Positions 39,628 through 48,675 of a stretch of 64,000 bases of DNA are shown here, piece by piece. The notes under the pieces are model-generated. The model ran no database searches. It saw only the letters and a program-made list of their open reading frames with translations, and had not been told where the DNA came from. The position numbers were made by a program, and so were the translations under genes. Origin of the DNA: an uncultured Burkholderiaceae bacterium (GTDB lineage: Bacteria; Pseudomonadota; Gammaproteobacteria; Burkholderiales; Burkholderiaceae_B); assembly GCA_964616175.1 (NCBI GenBank), contig CAZTUH010000007.1:7132-71131 (forward strand), in the 5' to 3' direction. Position 1 is the first letter of the stretch, and every line of letters starts with the position of its first letter.

Positions 39628-40605
39628 TTATGAATTTCTTGGATAAATGGATAATTCCTTAGGCAAAGGAAACCTCACTTTTTCTTTTAAACCTGGCAAG
39701 GTTTTAATGGAAGTAATTCCCATATGTTTTAAGTGATCAATGACACGATCTATTAAGCTCTCAGGAGCTGATGCTCCAGCAGTAATACCAATATGCTTTT
39801 TGTTTAATAACCATGAAGGATCAATATCTGATTCGTTATCAATTAGATATGTTATTACATCTGCATTTTTAGCTATCTCCCATAACCTATTGGAATTTGA
39901 ACTATTATAGCTTCCTATAACTAAAATCAGATCACAAAAGCTAGTTAGCATTTTAACAGCCTCCTGTCGATTCTGGGTTGCATAACAAATATCATCACCT
40001 TTTCTTGGTCCAGTAATTTTTGGAAAACGTTTTTTAAGAAGCTCAGACATTATTTTTGAATCATCTAGAGATAATGTTGTTTGCGTTACAAAAGCTAAAT
40101 TTTCTGGGTTAGAGACTTTTAATGAATCAATATCACTAGGAGTTTCAACTAAATGTATTTTTCCATTATTAATCTGTCCAAGAGTACCTTCTACCTCTGG
40201 ATGATTTTTATGTCCAATCATAATTATTTCTTTTTCCAAATGGTGAAATTTTATCACTGCATTATGAACTTTTGTTACCAAGGGACATGTTGCATCAAAT
40301 ACTTTTAGTTTTCTATTTTTGGCTTCTATTCTTACAGCATTAGATACTCCATGAGCAGAGAAAATTACTATTTCTCCTATTGGAATTTCACATAATTTTT
40401 TTACGAAAATAACCCCTTTTTCTTTCAAAATCTTAACAACATATTGATTGTGAACAATCTCATTTTTTACATAAATAGGGGGATTATAGATTTCCAAAAC
40501 ATAATTTACAATTTTTATTGCACGTTCAACTCCAGCGCATATTCCCCTTGGTTCTGCCAAAGTTATTGCTGTATTTTGAAGATTAAGAACTTTTTTCATA
40601 TTCAA
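39628..40605 (-). CDS. ispH: 4-hydroxy-3-methylbut-2-enyl diphosphate reductase
   Basis: 325 aa. All three Fe-S cysteines are in context: GICAGVERA, DATCPLVTKVH, DICYATQNRQ. Confidence 0.94.
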   Translation of the reverse strand: MNMKKVLNLQNTAITLAEPRGICAGVERAIKIVNYVLEIYNPPIYVKNEIVHNQYVVKILKEKGVIFVKKLCEIPIGEIVIFSAHGVSNAVRIEAKNRKLKVFDATCPLVTKVHNAVIKFHHLEKEIIMIGHKNHPEVEGTLGQINNGKIHLVETPSDIDSLKVSNPENLAFVTQTTLSLDDSKIMSELLKKRFPKITGPRKGDDICYATQNRQEAVKMLTSFCDLILVIGSYNSSNSNRLWEIAKNADVITYLIDNESDIDPSWLLNKKHIGITAGASAPESLIDRVIDHLKHMGITSIKTLPGLKEKVRFPLPKELSIYPRNS

Positions 40606-40903
40606 ATATTGAGATTACAAAAAAGCATTGATCTTGGACTAAACAAAAATAAGTATCCAACAATATGAAACCTACCTGATCGAAAAATTCATATTTCTTA
40701 TCATAAAAACTAAAAATTAAACCTTTTTAAGAGAAATTTCTTATAATTAGCAAAAAATACTTTTAACATTCATTAATGAAAAGCAAGATTCTCCTCGAGA
40801 ATTTTTTTCTAAAAGCTTTCATAAGATTCGGTATAATGAAATGACCTAGTTTTATGTTTTTATCAATCATTAACTTAAATAACTAATAATTTAAGAGAGT
40901 TTT

Positions 40904-41158
40904 ATGAAAAAAAATATCCATCCAGATTATCGTGAGATTGTTTTCTTGGACGTTCAAACAGGGAAAAAATTCTTCATTTTTTCAACAATTCAGACTGAAG
41001 AAACCATAGAAATCGACAAGAAAGTTTATCCACTTTTTAAGTGTGATGTTACATCAGAATCACATCCATTCTATACTGGAGCACAAACAAGGATAGTAGG
41101 CACTAAAAGAGTTGAGAGATTCAAAGCTCGTTTTGCTAAAATGGAGGGGAAGACCTGA
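40904..41158 (+). CDS. rpmE2: 50S ribosomal protein L31, type B (no CxxC zinc ribbon)
   Basis: 84 aa with MKKNIHPDYREIVF and SHPFYTG. The Zn-binding cysteine pairs of type A L31 are absent. An SD-like AAGAGAG lies 6 nt upstream. Confidence 0.9.
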   Translation: MKKNIHPDYREIVFLDVQTGKKFFIFSTIQTEETIEIDKKVYPLFKCDVTSESHPFYTGAQTRIVGTKRVERFKARFAKMEGKT

Positions 41159-41193
41159 TTTTTCATCTTTAGTCATTTATTTTTCAATAAATA

Positions 41194-41733
41194 TCAGATT
41201 TTAAGAAAGTGATCACGGTAATATTTAAGTTCGTTAATAGATTCATGAATATCTGCAAGGGCTTCGTGTTTTCCTTGTTTTTCAAAACCCTTGTAGATAC
41301 TTGGAGCCCATCGACGAGCTAATTCTTTAATAGTACTCACATCTAAATTTCGATAATGGAAAAAATTTTCTAGATTAGGCATATAATTTAGCATAAAACG
41401 TCGATCTTGATTAATGGTATTTCCACACAGTGGAGATCTTCCATTTTGAACATGTTGATTCAAGAAATCTAGCAAATTTTTTTCTGCATCCGCTTCTTTT
41501 ATTTTCGAGGTTCTTACCTTTTCAATAAGACCACTGCGACTATGGATTGATTTGTTCCAATTATCCATACTACTCAATAAAAAATCCGACTGATGCAATA
41601 CTTGAACAGGTCCTTCAGCAACTATACTAAGATCAGACTCTGTAATGACAATAGCTATTTCCAATATGCGTTCTTTTTTTGGATTTAAACCTGTCATTTC
41701 CATATCAAGCCAAACAAGACGTTGTTGGTTCAT
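41194..41733 (-). CDS. orn: oligoribonuclease
   Basis: 179 aa DEDDh exonuclease: [11 protein letters not shown] and H..ALADI.ESI.EL.YY. Confidence 0.92.
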   Translation of the reverse strand: MNQQRLVWLDMEMTGLNPKKERILEIAIVITESDLSIVAEGPVQVLHQSDFLLSSMDNWNKSIHSRSGLIEKVRTSKIKEADAEKNLLDFLNQHVQNGRSPLCGNTINQDRRFMLNYMPNLENFFHYRNLDVSTIKELARRWAPSIYKGFEKQGKHEALADIHESINELKYYRDHFLKI

Positions 41734-41949
41734 GCTGTGTTCATCCTATTCTTCTCCTTTTTGTTTTATCTTTTAGAAATATCAAAACTCTAAAGAAAAA
41801 AACCATGGAATACTTTACTTCCAGGAAAATTTATCCAGATAAAAATGAATTTAATTATTTCTAAAAAAATCAAGCATAACGATTTAATTTATTTAGCTAT
41901 GGAAAATAAAAACAGAAAAAAGGAGGTTTTTTGTATCCAAAAAATCATC

Positions 41950-41979
41950 TGAAAATCATTTCCAAATAATTGATTTTCA
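41950..41979 (-). terminator. candidate rplS terminator hairpin (AT-only stem)
   Basis: TGAAAATCA-12 nt-TGATTTTCA forms a 9-bp perfect stem 52 bp downstream of the rplS stop. On the minus strand it is followed by GATGATTTTTTGG. Confidence 0.3.
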
Positions 41980-42030
41980 AAAGAATTATGTTTCCAAGAC
42001 CTCCTACTTAAAAATTGATACAAATGATTC

Positions 42031-42417
42031 TCAAATATTGCTTTTCAATTTTTTAGTAGGAAGTTTCTCTTTGATTCGAGCAGATTTTCCAGATCGAGAA
42101 CGAAGATAATATAATTTTGCTTGACGGACTAATCCTCGACGCTTCATATCTATACTAGAAATTTGAGGAGAATAAAGTTGAAAGGTACGTTCTACAGATT
42201 CACCAAAAGAATTTTTTCGAACAATAAAAGAGGAATTTAAACCTCGGTTGCGTTTAGCAATAACAATTCCTTCATATGCTTGTATTCTTTTTCGCTCTCC
42301 ATCAATGACATTAACATTGACTACAATTGTATCTCCAGGAGAAAACAAAGGAATTTTAATCTTTTTTTTCATAAGGTTATTTATTTCTTCTTTTTCTAAT
42401 TTATCTATGAGATTCAT
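42031..42417 (-). CDS. rplS: 50S ribosomal protein L19
   Basis: 128 aa. [33 protein letters not shown] is canonical L19. Confidence 0.95.
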   Translation of the reverse strand: MNLIDKLEKEEINNLMKKKIKIPLFSPGDTIVVNVNVIDGERKRIQAYEGIVIAKRNRGLNSSFIVRKNSFGESVERTFQLYSPQISSIDMKRRGLVRQAKLYYLRSRSGKSARIKEKLPTKKLKSNI

Positions 42418-42484
42418 ATTTTTTACCTAAAAGGTTGGAGATCCTGAATAAGAATTTCCAAAATTGATTAAATACATTAATTGT

Positions 42485-43168
42485 CTACTTTCCTTTTGAA
42501 AGTAGACAATTAATATTCATAGCATTTATATCTGGACAAGAAGTAATTCTCATATAAGGTAATTTCTTTTGGTAGCCTTTAGGAAACTCTTTTTGTATTT
42601 TCTCTTCACTAACAAAAGAAGGATTGATGATGAGATCATCTCCATTTTCCCAATTTGCAGGTGTCATGACATTATGACTGTCAGCAAGTTGCAATGAATC
42701 GATAACTCGAAGTATTTCATGGAAATTACGTCCAGTACTAAATGGATATTCAATAATTAAACGGATCTTTTTTTTCGGATCAATTACAAAAACTGAACGA
42801 ACACTCAAATTCGAATCTGAATTTGGATGAATCATTCCATAAAGTTTGCAAACTTTCTTGTCAACATCTGCGATTATTGGATAGTTAACTAAAGCTTCTT
42901 GAGCAATAGAATTAATATCTTTAATCCATTTTACATGGGATTGTACAGTATCTACTGAAATAGCAAGAATTTTAACTCTCCGACTGGAAAATGCATTGGA
43001 AAACCTAGCTAGACAAGCCAACTCAGTCGTACATACTGGAGTAAAATCAGCTGGATGGGAAAATAAAACTCCCCAATCGTTTCCAAGATATTCATGAAAA
43101 CAAATTAACCCAACAGAGGATTGTTGTTCAAAATTGGGAGCTAGATCTCCTAAAAGGGGTCGTACCAT
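42485..43168 (-). CDS. 1-Cys peroxiredoxin (Prx6-like)
   Basis: LGDLAPNF, WGVLFSHPADFTPVCTTEL (peroxidatic Cys) and DSLQL..H.V.TPANW are present. The likely start is MVRPLLG at 43168, although the ORF opens at 43177. Confidence 0.85.
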   Translation of the reverse strand: MVRPLLGDLAPNFEQQSSVGLICFHEYLGNDWGVLFSHPADFTPVCTTELACLARFSNAFSSRRVKILAISVDTVQSHVKWIKDINSIAQEALVNYPIIADVDKKVCKLYGMIHPNSDSNLSVRSVFVIDPKKKIRLIIEYPFSTGRNFHEILRVIDSLQLADSHNVMTPANWENGDDLIINPSFVSEEKIQKEFPKGYQKKLPYMRITSCPDINAMNINCLLSKGK

Positions 43169-43241
43169 AATAAACAATTTCCTTTATCTTTAATTCCAAT
43201 TTCAAAGAAAAGATTATTAAAATTTTATGTAGGTTTCAAGA

Positions 43242-43293
43242 TATCAAAGAGTTTCAATTCAAACTGGAGAGAACATTTTGAAACTCTTTGATA
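43242..43293. repeat. 16-bp perfect inverted repeat with 20-nt spacer
   Basis: TATCAAAGAGTTTCAA-N20-TTGAAACTCTTTGATA, verified base by base. It sits about 75 bp upstream of the peroxiredoxin start and about 200 bp downstream of the hldD stop on the minus strand. Confidence 0.9.
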
Positions 43294-43490
43294 AAAGCAA
43301 AAACCTTCTATCTCCTAATCCAATGGACTAAAATGTCACAATAGAAAATAATAATTTGCCTCAGAAATATTTGAGCAGATCACCTTGATTAAAAAGTAAC
43401 TATTAATCTCTTAACTGATAATAAATAAAAAATGAGATCCTAATAAATGGATATACCAAAGATATTTTTTCTTAAATTTTAAAAAATCAA

Positions 43491-44489
43491 TTAAAGATTG
43501 AATAATTCCAATTCTTCTATATATTTACAAATTCCAAAATCTATTTTAGTCATTGATTTATTAAATCCAATAGATTGCAAACCAGTATTATTGGCTTTTG
43601 TGTAATTTTGATAAACTCCAATCAGTTTCTTTGGAAAAGGTATATACCTGATCATCTTTTTATCGATTATTTCTTGGAAAGATAATTCTGTTAGATTCCT
43701 TTTTTTTTGAAAACAATTGATAATAATATGAACTATCTTGTTGAAGGATGTAGATATACCAGTCCCGCAGTCAAAAACACCAGAATATTGGGGATGTTCC
43801 CAACAATACAAATTCGCGGAGATTATATCATCCACAGAAATAAAATCACGTGATTGAAAACCATCTTTATATCCACTAACTCCAGAGAATAAATTTATGT
43901 AACCCTGAGATTGGAAATGTTCAATACTCTGTAGAATAAAAGATGACATTTTCTTTTTGTGTGTTTCATTTCTTCCATAAACGTTAAAATAACGTATTCC
44001 AACAACTTGAGTGGTTAGATTGTTTAGGTTTTTCCTCAGAAATTGGTCGCATAGAAATTTTGAATATCCGTAAATATTTAATGGTTTTTCATAATAGTTA
44101 TTTGAATAACCATCATTGATGGTATCTCCATATACAGCTGCAGAAGAAGCATATATAAAAGGTATCTTTTTCAATTGACAGTATTTAAACAATTCTATTG
44201 TCATTCGATAGTTGTTATCTAACATATAATTTCCATCAATTTCCATTGTGTTAGAACATGCTCCTTGATGAAAAATTATTTCTATTTTAGGAAGATAATC
44301 TTTTTGAATTTGATTTCTAAATTCATGCTTGTCAAAAAGATCATCAATCTGGGAATCTCTTAGATTCCTAAATTTTTCTCCATTATTACTAAAATTATCT
44401 ACTGCAAGTATATTCGAAAAACCATGAGAATTTAATGATCTTACTAAATTGCTTCCTATGAAACCCGCAGCACCTGTCACAACAATCAA
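43491..44489 (-). CDS. hldD: ADP-L-glycero-D-manno-heptose 6-epimerase
   Basis: 332 aa SDR protein with MIVVTGAAGFIGSN, YGYSK and the HldD-type C-terminal half. It overlaps hldA by 4 bp. Confidence 0.9.
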   Translation of the reverse strand: MIVVTGAAGFIGSNLVRSLNSHGFSNILAVDNFSNNGEKFRNLRDSQIDDLFDKHEFRNQIQKDYLPKIEIIFHQGACSNTMEIDGNYMLDNNYRMTIELFKYCQLKKIPFIYASSAAVYGDTINDGYSNNYYEKPLNIYGYSKFLCDQFLRKNLNNLTTQVVGIRYFNVYGRNETHKKKMSSFILQSIEHFQSQGYINLFSGVSGYKDGFQSRDFISVDDIISANLYCWEHPQYSGVFDCGTGISTSFNKIVHIIINCFQKKRNLTELSFQEIIDKKMIRYIPFPKKLIGVYQNYTKANNTGLQSIGFNKSMTKIDFGICKYIEELELFNL

Positions 44490-45427
44490 ACTTTTGCTCC
44501 TAATAATTCTTCTAAGTTAACAACTGAAGTTCCTAATTTTCTGACAGCGATTGCTCCTGCTTGATTTGCCCAATACATAGATTCTTTCCAAGAAAGTCCC
44601 AATCCCTTACATACTGCCAAAGTGGCTAGAACTGTGTCTCCAGCTCCGGAAACATCAAAAACCTCTTGAGATTTGACATCTGTATGAGTTCTTTCAAATT
44701 CAGTGAACAAAGTCATTCCTTTGCTAGATCTCGTTATTATCAGTGCTTCGATGCTCAATTTTTTTCTTAACTGTTGTGCCATTCTTGTCAATTCAGACTC
44801 ATCATTCCAATCTCCAACTATTTGACTTATTTCAGAAGAATTAGGAGTCAGCAGCTGAGCTCCAAAATAACGTTCATAATCATTACCCTTTGGATCTATG
44901 AGCACAGGTATTTGTTCTTTTTTTGAAATTGAAATCAATGATTGAATTTGATCTAGTGCCCCTTTTGCATAATCTGAGAAAATAACAATATCATGGTATT
45001 TCATCATTTGAGAAAAAATAGCTTTTACTTTCTCTTTTGCTGATAATTGAACTGAAGATTCAAAATCTACCCTAAGCAACTGCTTTTTTTTACCTAAAAT
45101 TCGAATTTTTACTATAGTTGAAAAAATTGGATCAATAACCAAAGCTGATTTAATTTTTGCAGCATTAACTAAGTTTTGTACAATGAGACCGGCTTCATCA
45201 GATCCAATGATGCCAATCAATGTAGCTCTAGCTCCTAAAGCTACTATATTTCGAGCTACATTAGCAGCTCCTCCCAAACGGTCTTCACTAGCCTCAAAAT
45301 TTACTATAGGAACTGGAGCTTCAGGCGAATATCGCTTGGTTTCTCCAAACCAATAGCGATCTAGCATAATATCTCCAACTACTAATATTTTACAAAATTG
45401 AGTTTTATTTATCATAAATGAATGCAT
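44486..45427 (-). CDS. hldA: D-glycero-beta-D-manno-heptose 7-phosphate kinase (stand-alone RfaE domain I)
   Basis: 313 aa ribokinase-fold protein with ILVVGDIMLDRYW and DVSGAGDTVLA. It has no adenylyltransferase domain, matching the split hldA/hldC arrangement seen in Burkholderiales. Confidence 0.86.
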   Translation of the reverse strand: MHSFMINKTQFCKILVVGDIMLDRYWFGETKRYSPEAPVPIVNFEASEDRLGGAANVARNIVALGARATLIGIIGSDEAGLIVQNLVNAAKIKSALVIDPIFSTIVKIRILGKKKQLLRVDFESSVQLSAKEKVKAIFSQMMKYHDIVIFSDYAKGALDQIQSLISISKKEQIPVLIDPKGNDYERYFGAQLLTPNSSEISQIVGDWNDESELTRMAQQLRKKLSIEALIITRSSKGMTLFTEFERTHTDVKSQEVFDVSGAGDTVLATLAVCKGLGLSWKESMYWANQAGAIAVRKLGTSVVNLEELLGAKV

Positions 45428-45573
45428 ATTTCAATTCTGAATTTATTTAAGGTTTTTCCCCTGAAAAAGGATATGCATTGTTCTGATAATATTTTTATCC
45501 TGCATAAAAAAGATTTATGTTCCAATTTACATAAGTCTTAGATTTCAAAAATTAATAATTTATTGAATTAATT

Positions 45574-45609
45574 AAAAGAAGAATGTTATGAATAACATTC
45601 TTCTTTTTT
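45574..45609. terminator. bidirectional-looking rho-independent terminator (most plausibly ends the rpsA transcript)
   Basis: AAAAGAAGAATGTTAT-GA-ATAACATTCTTCTTTT forms a 16-bp perfect stem. It is flanked by A-run/T-run sequence on both strands (TTTTTT after the stem on the plus strand). Confidence 0.5.
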
Positions 45610-45710
45610 ATAAAGTCTTATAATGAAAAATATCCAGCGTCATTTGCTGATTTTTCCACTTAATGAATGTAATTTACATTTCTCTTTAATCTTTTGATCT
45701 TCAGAAGAAT

Positions 45711-45987
45711 TCAAGAAACAGATTCTCGGATATCTGAAGAGATATATTTCTGCTATGAAAATTAATTAAAGTTCCATTTAGTTGATGTTCTTGTATGTTT
45801 TTAATCAGGATTGAACGTTACATATCACAATGTGATGCCACATTTAAAGTTTCCAAAATTTTAATTATTATTAATTCTATGCATACGGAGGTAGAAAAAC
45901 TGGAATGTATTTTATTAACAATAAACATAGACTTTCTATCTTTCCCGATTATGAAAAGAAATTTAAAAACATTCAATTTCCTTTCAT
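45711..45987 (-). pseudogene. ihfB: possible decayed integration host factor beta gene relic downstream of rpsA (coordinates approximate)
   Basis: One minus-strand frame reads ..NFGNFKCGITL*YVTFNPD*KHTRTSTKWNFN*FS*QKYISSDIRESVS*. FGNF, then 10 residues, then FNP reproduces the IHF-beta spacing (GFGSF, 10 aa, RNP). The Phe and Lys of the FKxGK motif fall at matching offsets, followed by IRESV (compare LRERV). A minus-strand ATG at 45987 lies about 43 codons upstream of FGNF (47 in E. coli). The rpsA-ihfB adjacency is widely conserved. Multiple in-frame stops are present. Confidence 0.4.
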
Positions 45988-46115
45988 AAAACTTAAAAAA
46001 GTTCCTAACTATGTTTTTCTACTTTTTTAGCAAAAAGATTTTAAATAAACAAAATCAAGTCTAAATTTAAAAGATTTATTTCCTAGGGTTCTAAACCTTA
46101 ATCAGTCTTTCTGAA

Positions 46116-47837
46116 TTACATTTTTTCATTGTCTTCACGCTGTTGGTCAAGCTTTGCCCTTAGTAAAGCACCTAAATTGGTTGTTCCTGAAGAAGCTCCT
46201 GAATCATTTAACCGTTGTGCAGAATCAGCTTTTTCAGATAATTCTTTTGCTTTGATAGAAATGTGAACTGATCGAACCTTCCGATCAATACTGGTAATCA
46301 TTGCTTGAATTTTATCACCTTTTGTCAAAAAATCCTTTGCATTATCAACACGTTTTGCAGAAATATCAGAAGCACGTAAACAAGCTTCAATATCATGATC
46401 TAATGATATTATGGCTCCTTTATTCTCAACTTGTTTAACAAACCCAGTAACAATGGATCCCTTTTCATGACAAGCTGCAAAATTAATAAAGGGATCAATC
46501 TCTATCTGTTTTAAACCTAGTGAGATTCTTTCCTTCTCTTTATCAATGCTTAAAACAACAGTTTCAACTTCATCACCTTTTCTGAACTTTCGCATGATTC
46601 CTTCACCAGATTGAGTCCATGAAAGGTCAGATAAATGAACAAGACCATCAATCCCACCAGGCAAACCAACAAAAAGTCCAAAATCAGTGATTGACTTAAT
46701 CGCACCACTTACTTTGTCCCCTCGTTTGAAATTCTCAGAAAACTCTTCCCATGGATTTTTAGTGCATTGCTTCATACCTAAAGAAATTCGACGTCTATCT
46801 TCGTCTATTTCCAATATCATTATTTCAATCTCTTCTCCTACACTTACTGTCTTTCTTGGATCTACATTTTTATTTTTCCAATCCATTTCGGAAACATGCA
46901 CAAGCCCTTCAATGCCAGTTTCAATTTCTACAAATGAACCATAATCAGTTAGATTTGTTACTTTTCCGAAAATTCGGGTACCCTTTGGGTAACGACGTGC
47001 TAAGCCTATCCAGGGATCTTCACTTAACTGTTTAATACCTAAGGAAACTCGGCTTTTTTCTTTATCAAATTTTAAGACTTTAGCCTGTATTTCTTGTCCA
47101 ATTTGTAATACTTCAGATGGATGTCGAACGCGTCTCCAAGCTATATCAGTTATGTGCAACAACCCATCAACTCCTCCCAAATCTATAAAAGCACCATAAT
47201 CAGTGATATTCTTTACAATTCCAGTAATTACAGATCCCTCGCAAAGTTTTTCAAGCAATTTTTGACGTTCTTCACCTATGCTGGCTTCTAATACTTGTCG
47301 TCTTGAAAGAACAACATTATTTCTTTTTCGGTCAAATTTTATGACCTTAAACTCCATTGTTTTGCCTTCATAAGGTGTTATGTCTTTTACAGGACGCAGG
47401 TCGACTAAAGATCCTGGCAAGAATGCTCGGATTCCATTGGTCATAACTGTAAGACCACCTTTTACTCTGCCTGTAATTGTACCTTTAATAAGCTCACCAC
47501 TTTCAAGAGCTGCTTCTAGATTTAGCCAAGCAGATAAACGCTTTGCTCTATCTCTAGATAGAATGGTATCTCCATATCCATTTTCCAATGATTCAATAGC
47601 TACTGATACCTGATCTCCAGGAGAGACTTCAAGATTTCTCTGTTCATCTAGAAATTCCTCGATTGGGATAAGTGCTTCGGATTTTAATTTAGCATTAACT
47701 ATAACAAAGTTATTATCTATCCGAACTACTTCAGCATTTATAACTTCTCCAGATTTCATATCCCGATTTTTCAGGCTTTTTAAAAAAAGATCGGCAAAAC
47801 TTTCATCGCCATTTGTAATTGTAGGAACTAAAGACAT
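46116..47837 (-). CDS. rpsA: 30S ribosomal protein S1
   Basis: 573 aa with six S1 repeats, collinear with E. coli RpsA. Confidence 0.96.
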   Translation of the reverse strand: MSLVPTITNGDESFADLFLKSLKNRDMKSGEVINAEVVRIDNNFVIVNAKLKSEALIPIEEFLDEQRNLEVSPGDQVSVAIESLENGYGDTILSRDRAKRLSAWLNLEAALESGELIKGTITGRVKGGLTVMTNGIRAFLPGSLVDLRPVKDITPYEGKTMEFKVIKFDRKRNNVVLSRRQVLEASIGEERQKLLEKLCEGSVITGIVKNITDYGAFIDLGGVDGLLHITDIAWRRVRHPSEVLQIGQEIQAKVLKFDKEKSRVSLGIKQLSEDPWIGLARRYPKGTRIFGKVTNLTDYGSFVEIETGIEGLVHVSEMDWKNKNVDPRKTVSVGEEIEIMILEIDEDRRRISLGMKQCTKNPWEEFSENFKRGDKVSGAIKSITDFGLFVGLPGGIDGLVHLSDLSWTQSGEGIMRKFRKGDEVETVVLSIDKEKERISLGLKQIEIDPFINFAACHEKGSIVTGFVKQVENKGAIISLDHDIEACLRASDISAKRVDNAKDFLTKGDKIQAMITSIDRKVRSVHISIKAKELSEKADSAQRLNDSGASSGTTNLGALLRAKLDQQREDNEKM

Positions 47838-47988
47838 GTAGGGCTAATCCATTAAGCCAAGATAAAGGCTAATAATTGTGAATTAAATACTGAGGGTTCG
47901 AAGACCAACACAGCGATATTGAAAAACCTATTGTTATCCTTTTCATAAATTTTGAAAAAGAAGAAAACATGAAAATCATATTCTGAAA

Positions 47989-48675
47989 CTAATTCTTCAT
48001 GCTAACAGGAATGGAACACTTTTTCCAAAGATTTAATATGGAGTCTACAGTTTCACCGATACTTAAATTCGAAGAATCTAAGATATATGCTTCAGCATCC
48101 GCAACAAGCGGACAATTGCTACGAAGTGAGTCACGCAAATCTCGTTCTTTTAAATTGGAACAAAGATTCTCGAGGTTAACAGAAATATTCTTTTCAATCA
48201 ACTGAGCCTTTCTTCTGTTAATTCTAACATTGAAATCTGCTGTTAAAAATACTTTAAGATCTGCTTCAGGAAAAACAATAGTACCCATATCTCGTCCATC
48301 AGCTACCAAACCAGGATTTTTTTTAAAAGATCTTTGATTTTCTAGTAATACTGAACGAATCTTTGGATTTTGAGCGATATATGATGCACAATTTCCTATT
48401 TTTTCAGATAAAGTTTCATCATGATGCTTGGATTCTATATACTTTTTATAAAGATCTAAAATCTCTAAATCTTTGATTATAGAGATTATTTTATTGATAT
48501 CTGCCAAAGAGATATGCATTTTTAGAACCTGAAAAGCTACTGTTCGGTAAATAATACCACTATTCAAAACTCCCCAACCTAGGACTTTTGCAATTTCAGA
48601 AGCAATGATTCCCTTGCCTGAAGCAGCTGGACCATCTATTGTAATAACCGGTATTTTCTTATTCAGAAATGACAT
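47989..48675 (-). CDS. cmk: cytidylate kinase
   Basis: 228 aa with ITIDGPAASGKG (P-loop) and ADGRDMGTIVFP. The aroA-cmk-rpsA order supports the call. Confidence 0.92.
   Translation of the reverse strand: MSFLNKKIPVITIDGPAASGKGIIASEIAKVLGWGVLNSGIIYRTVAFQVLKMHISLADINKIISIIKDLEILDLYKKYIESKHHDETLSEKIGNCASYIAQNPKIRSVLLENQRSFKKNPGLVADGRDMGTIVFPEADLKVFLTADFNVRINRRKAQLIEKNISVNLENLCSNLKERDLRDSLRSNCPLVADAEAYILDSSNLSIGETVDSILNLWKKCSIPVSMKN

Noticed and set aside
45574-45607. The palindrome core TGTTAT-GA-ATAACA resembles a Zur box (TGTTAT-N3-ATAACA type).
   Set aside because: The spacer is 2 nt rather than 3. The symmetry extends to 16 bp with flanking A/T runs, as in a terminator. The context, between rpsA and heptose genes, has no zinc-related gene. 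The terminator interpretation is preferred.
45795-45989. 64-aa plus-strand ORF in the rpsA-hldA gap.
   Set aside because: It has no RBS, a composition-driven I/L/K/N-rich sequence, and no recognisable motif. It lies opposite the putative ihfB relic and is most likely random.
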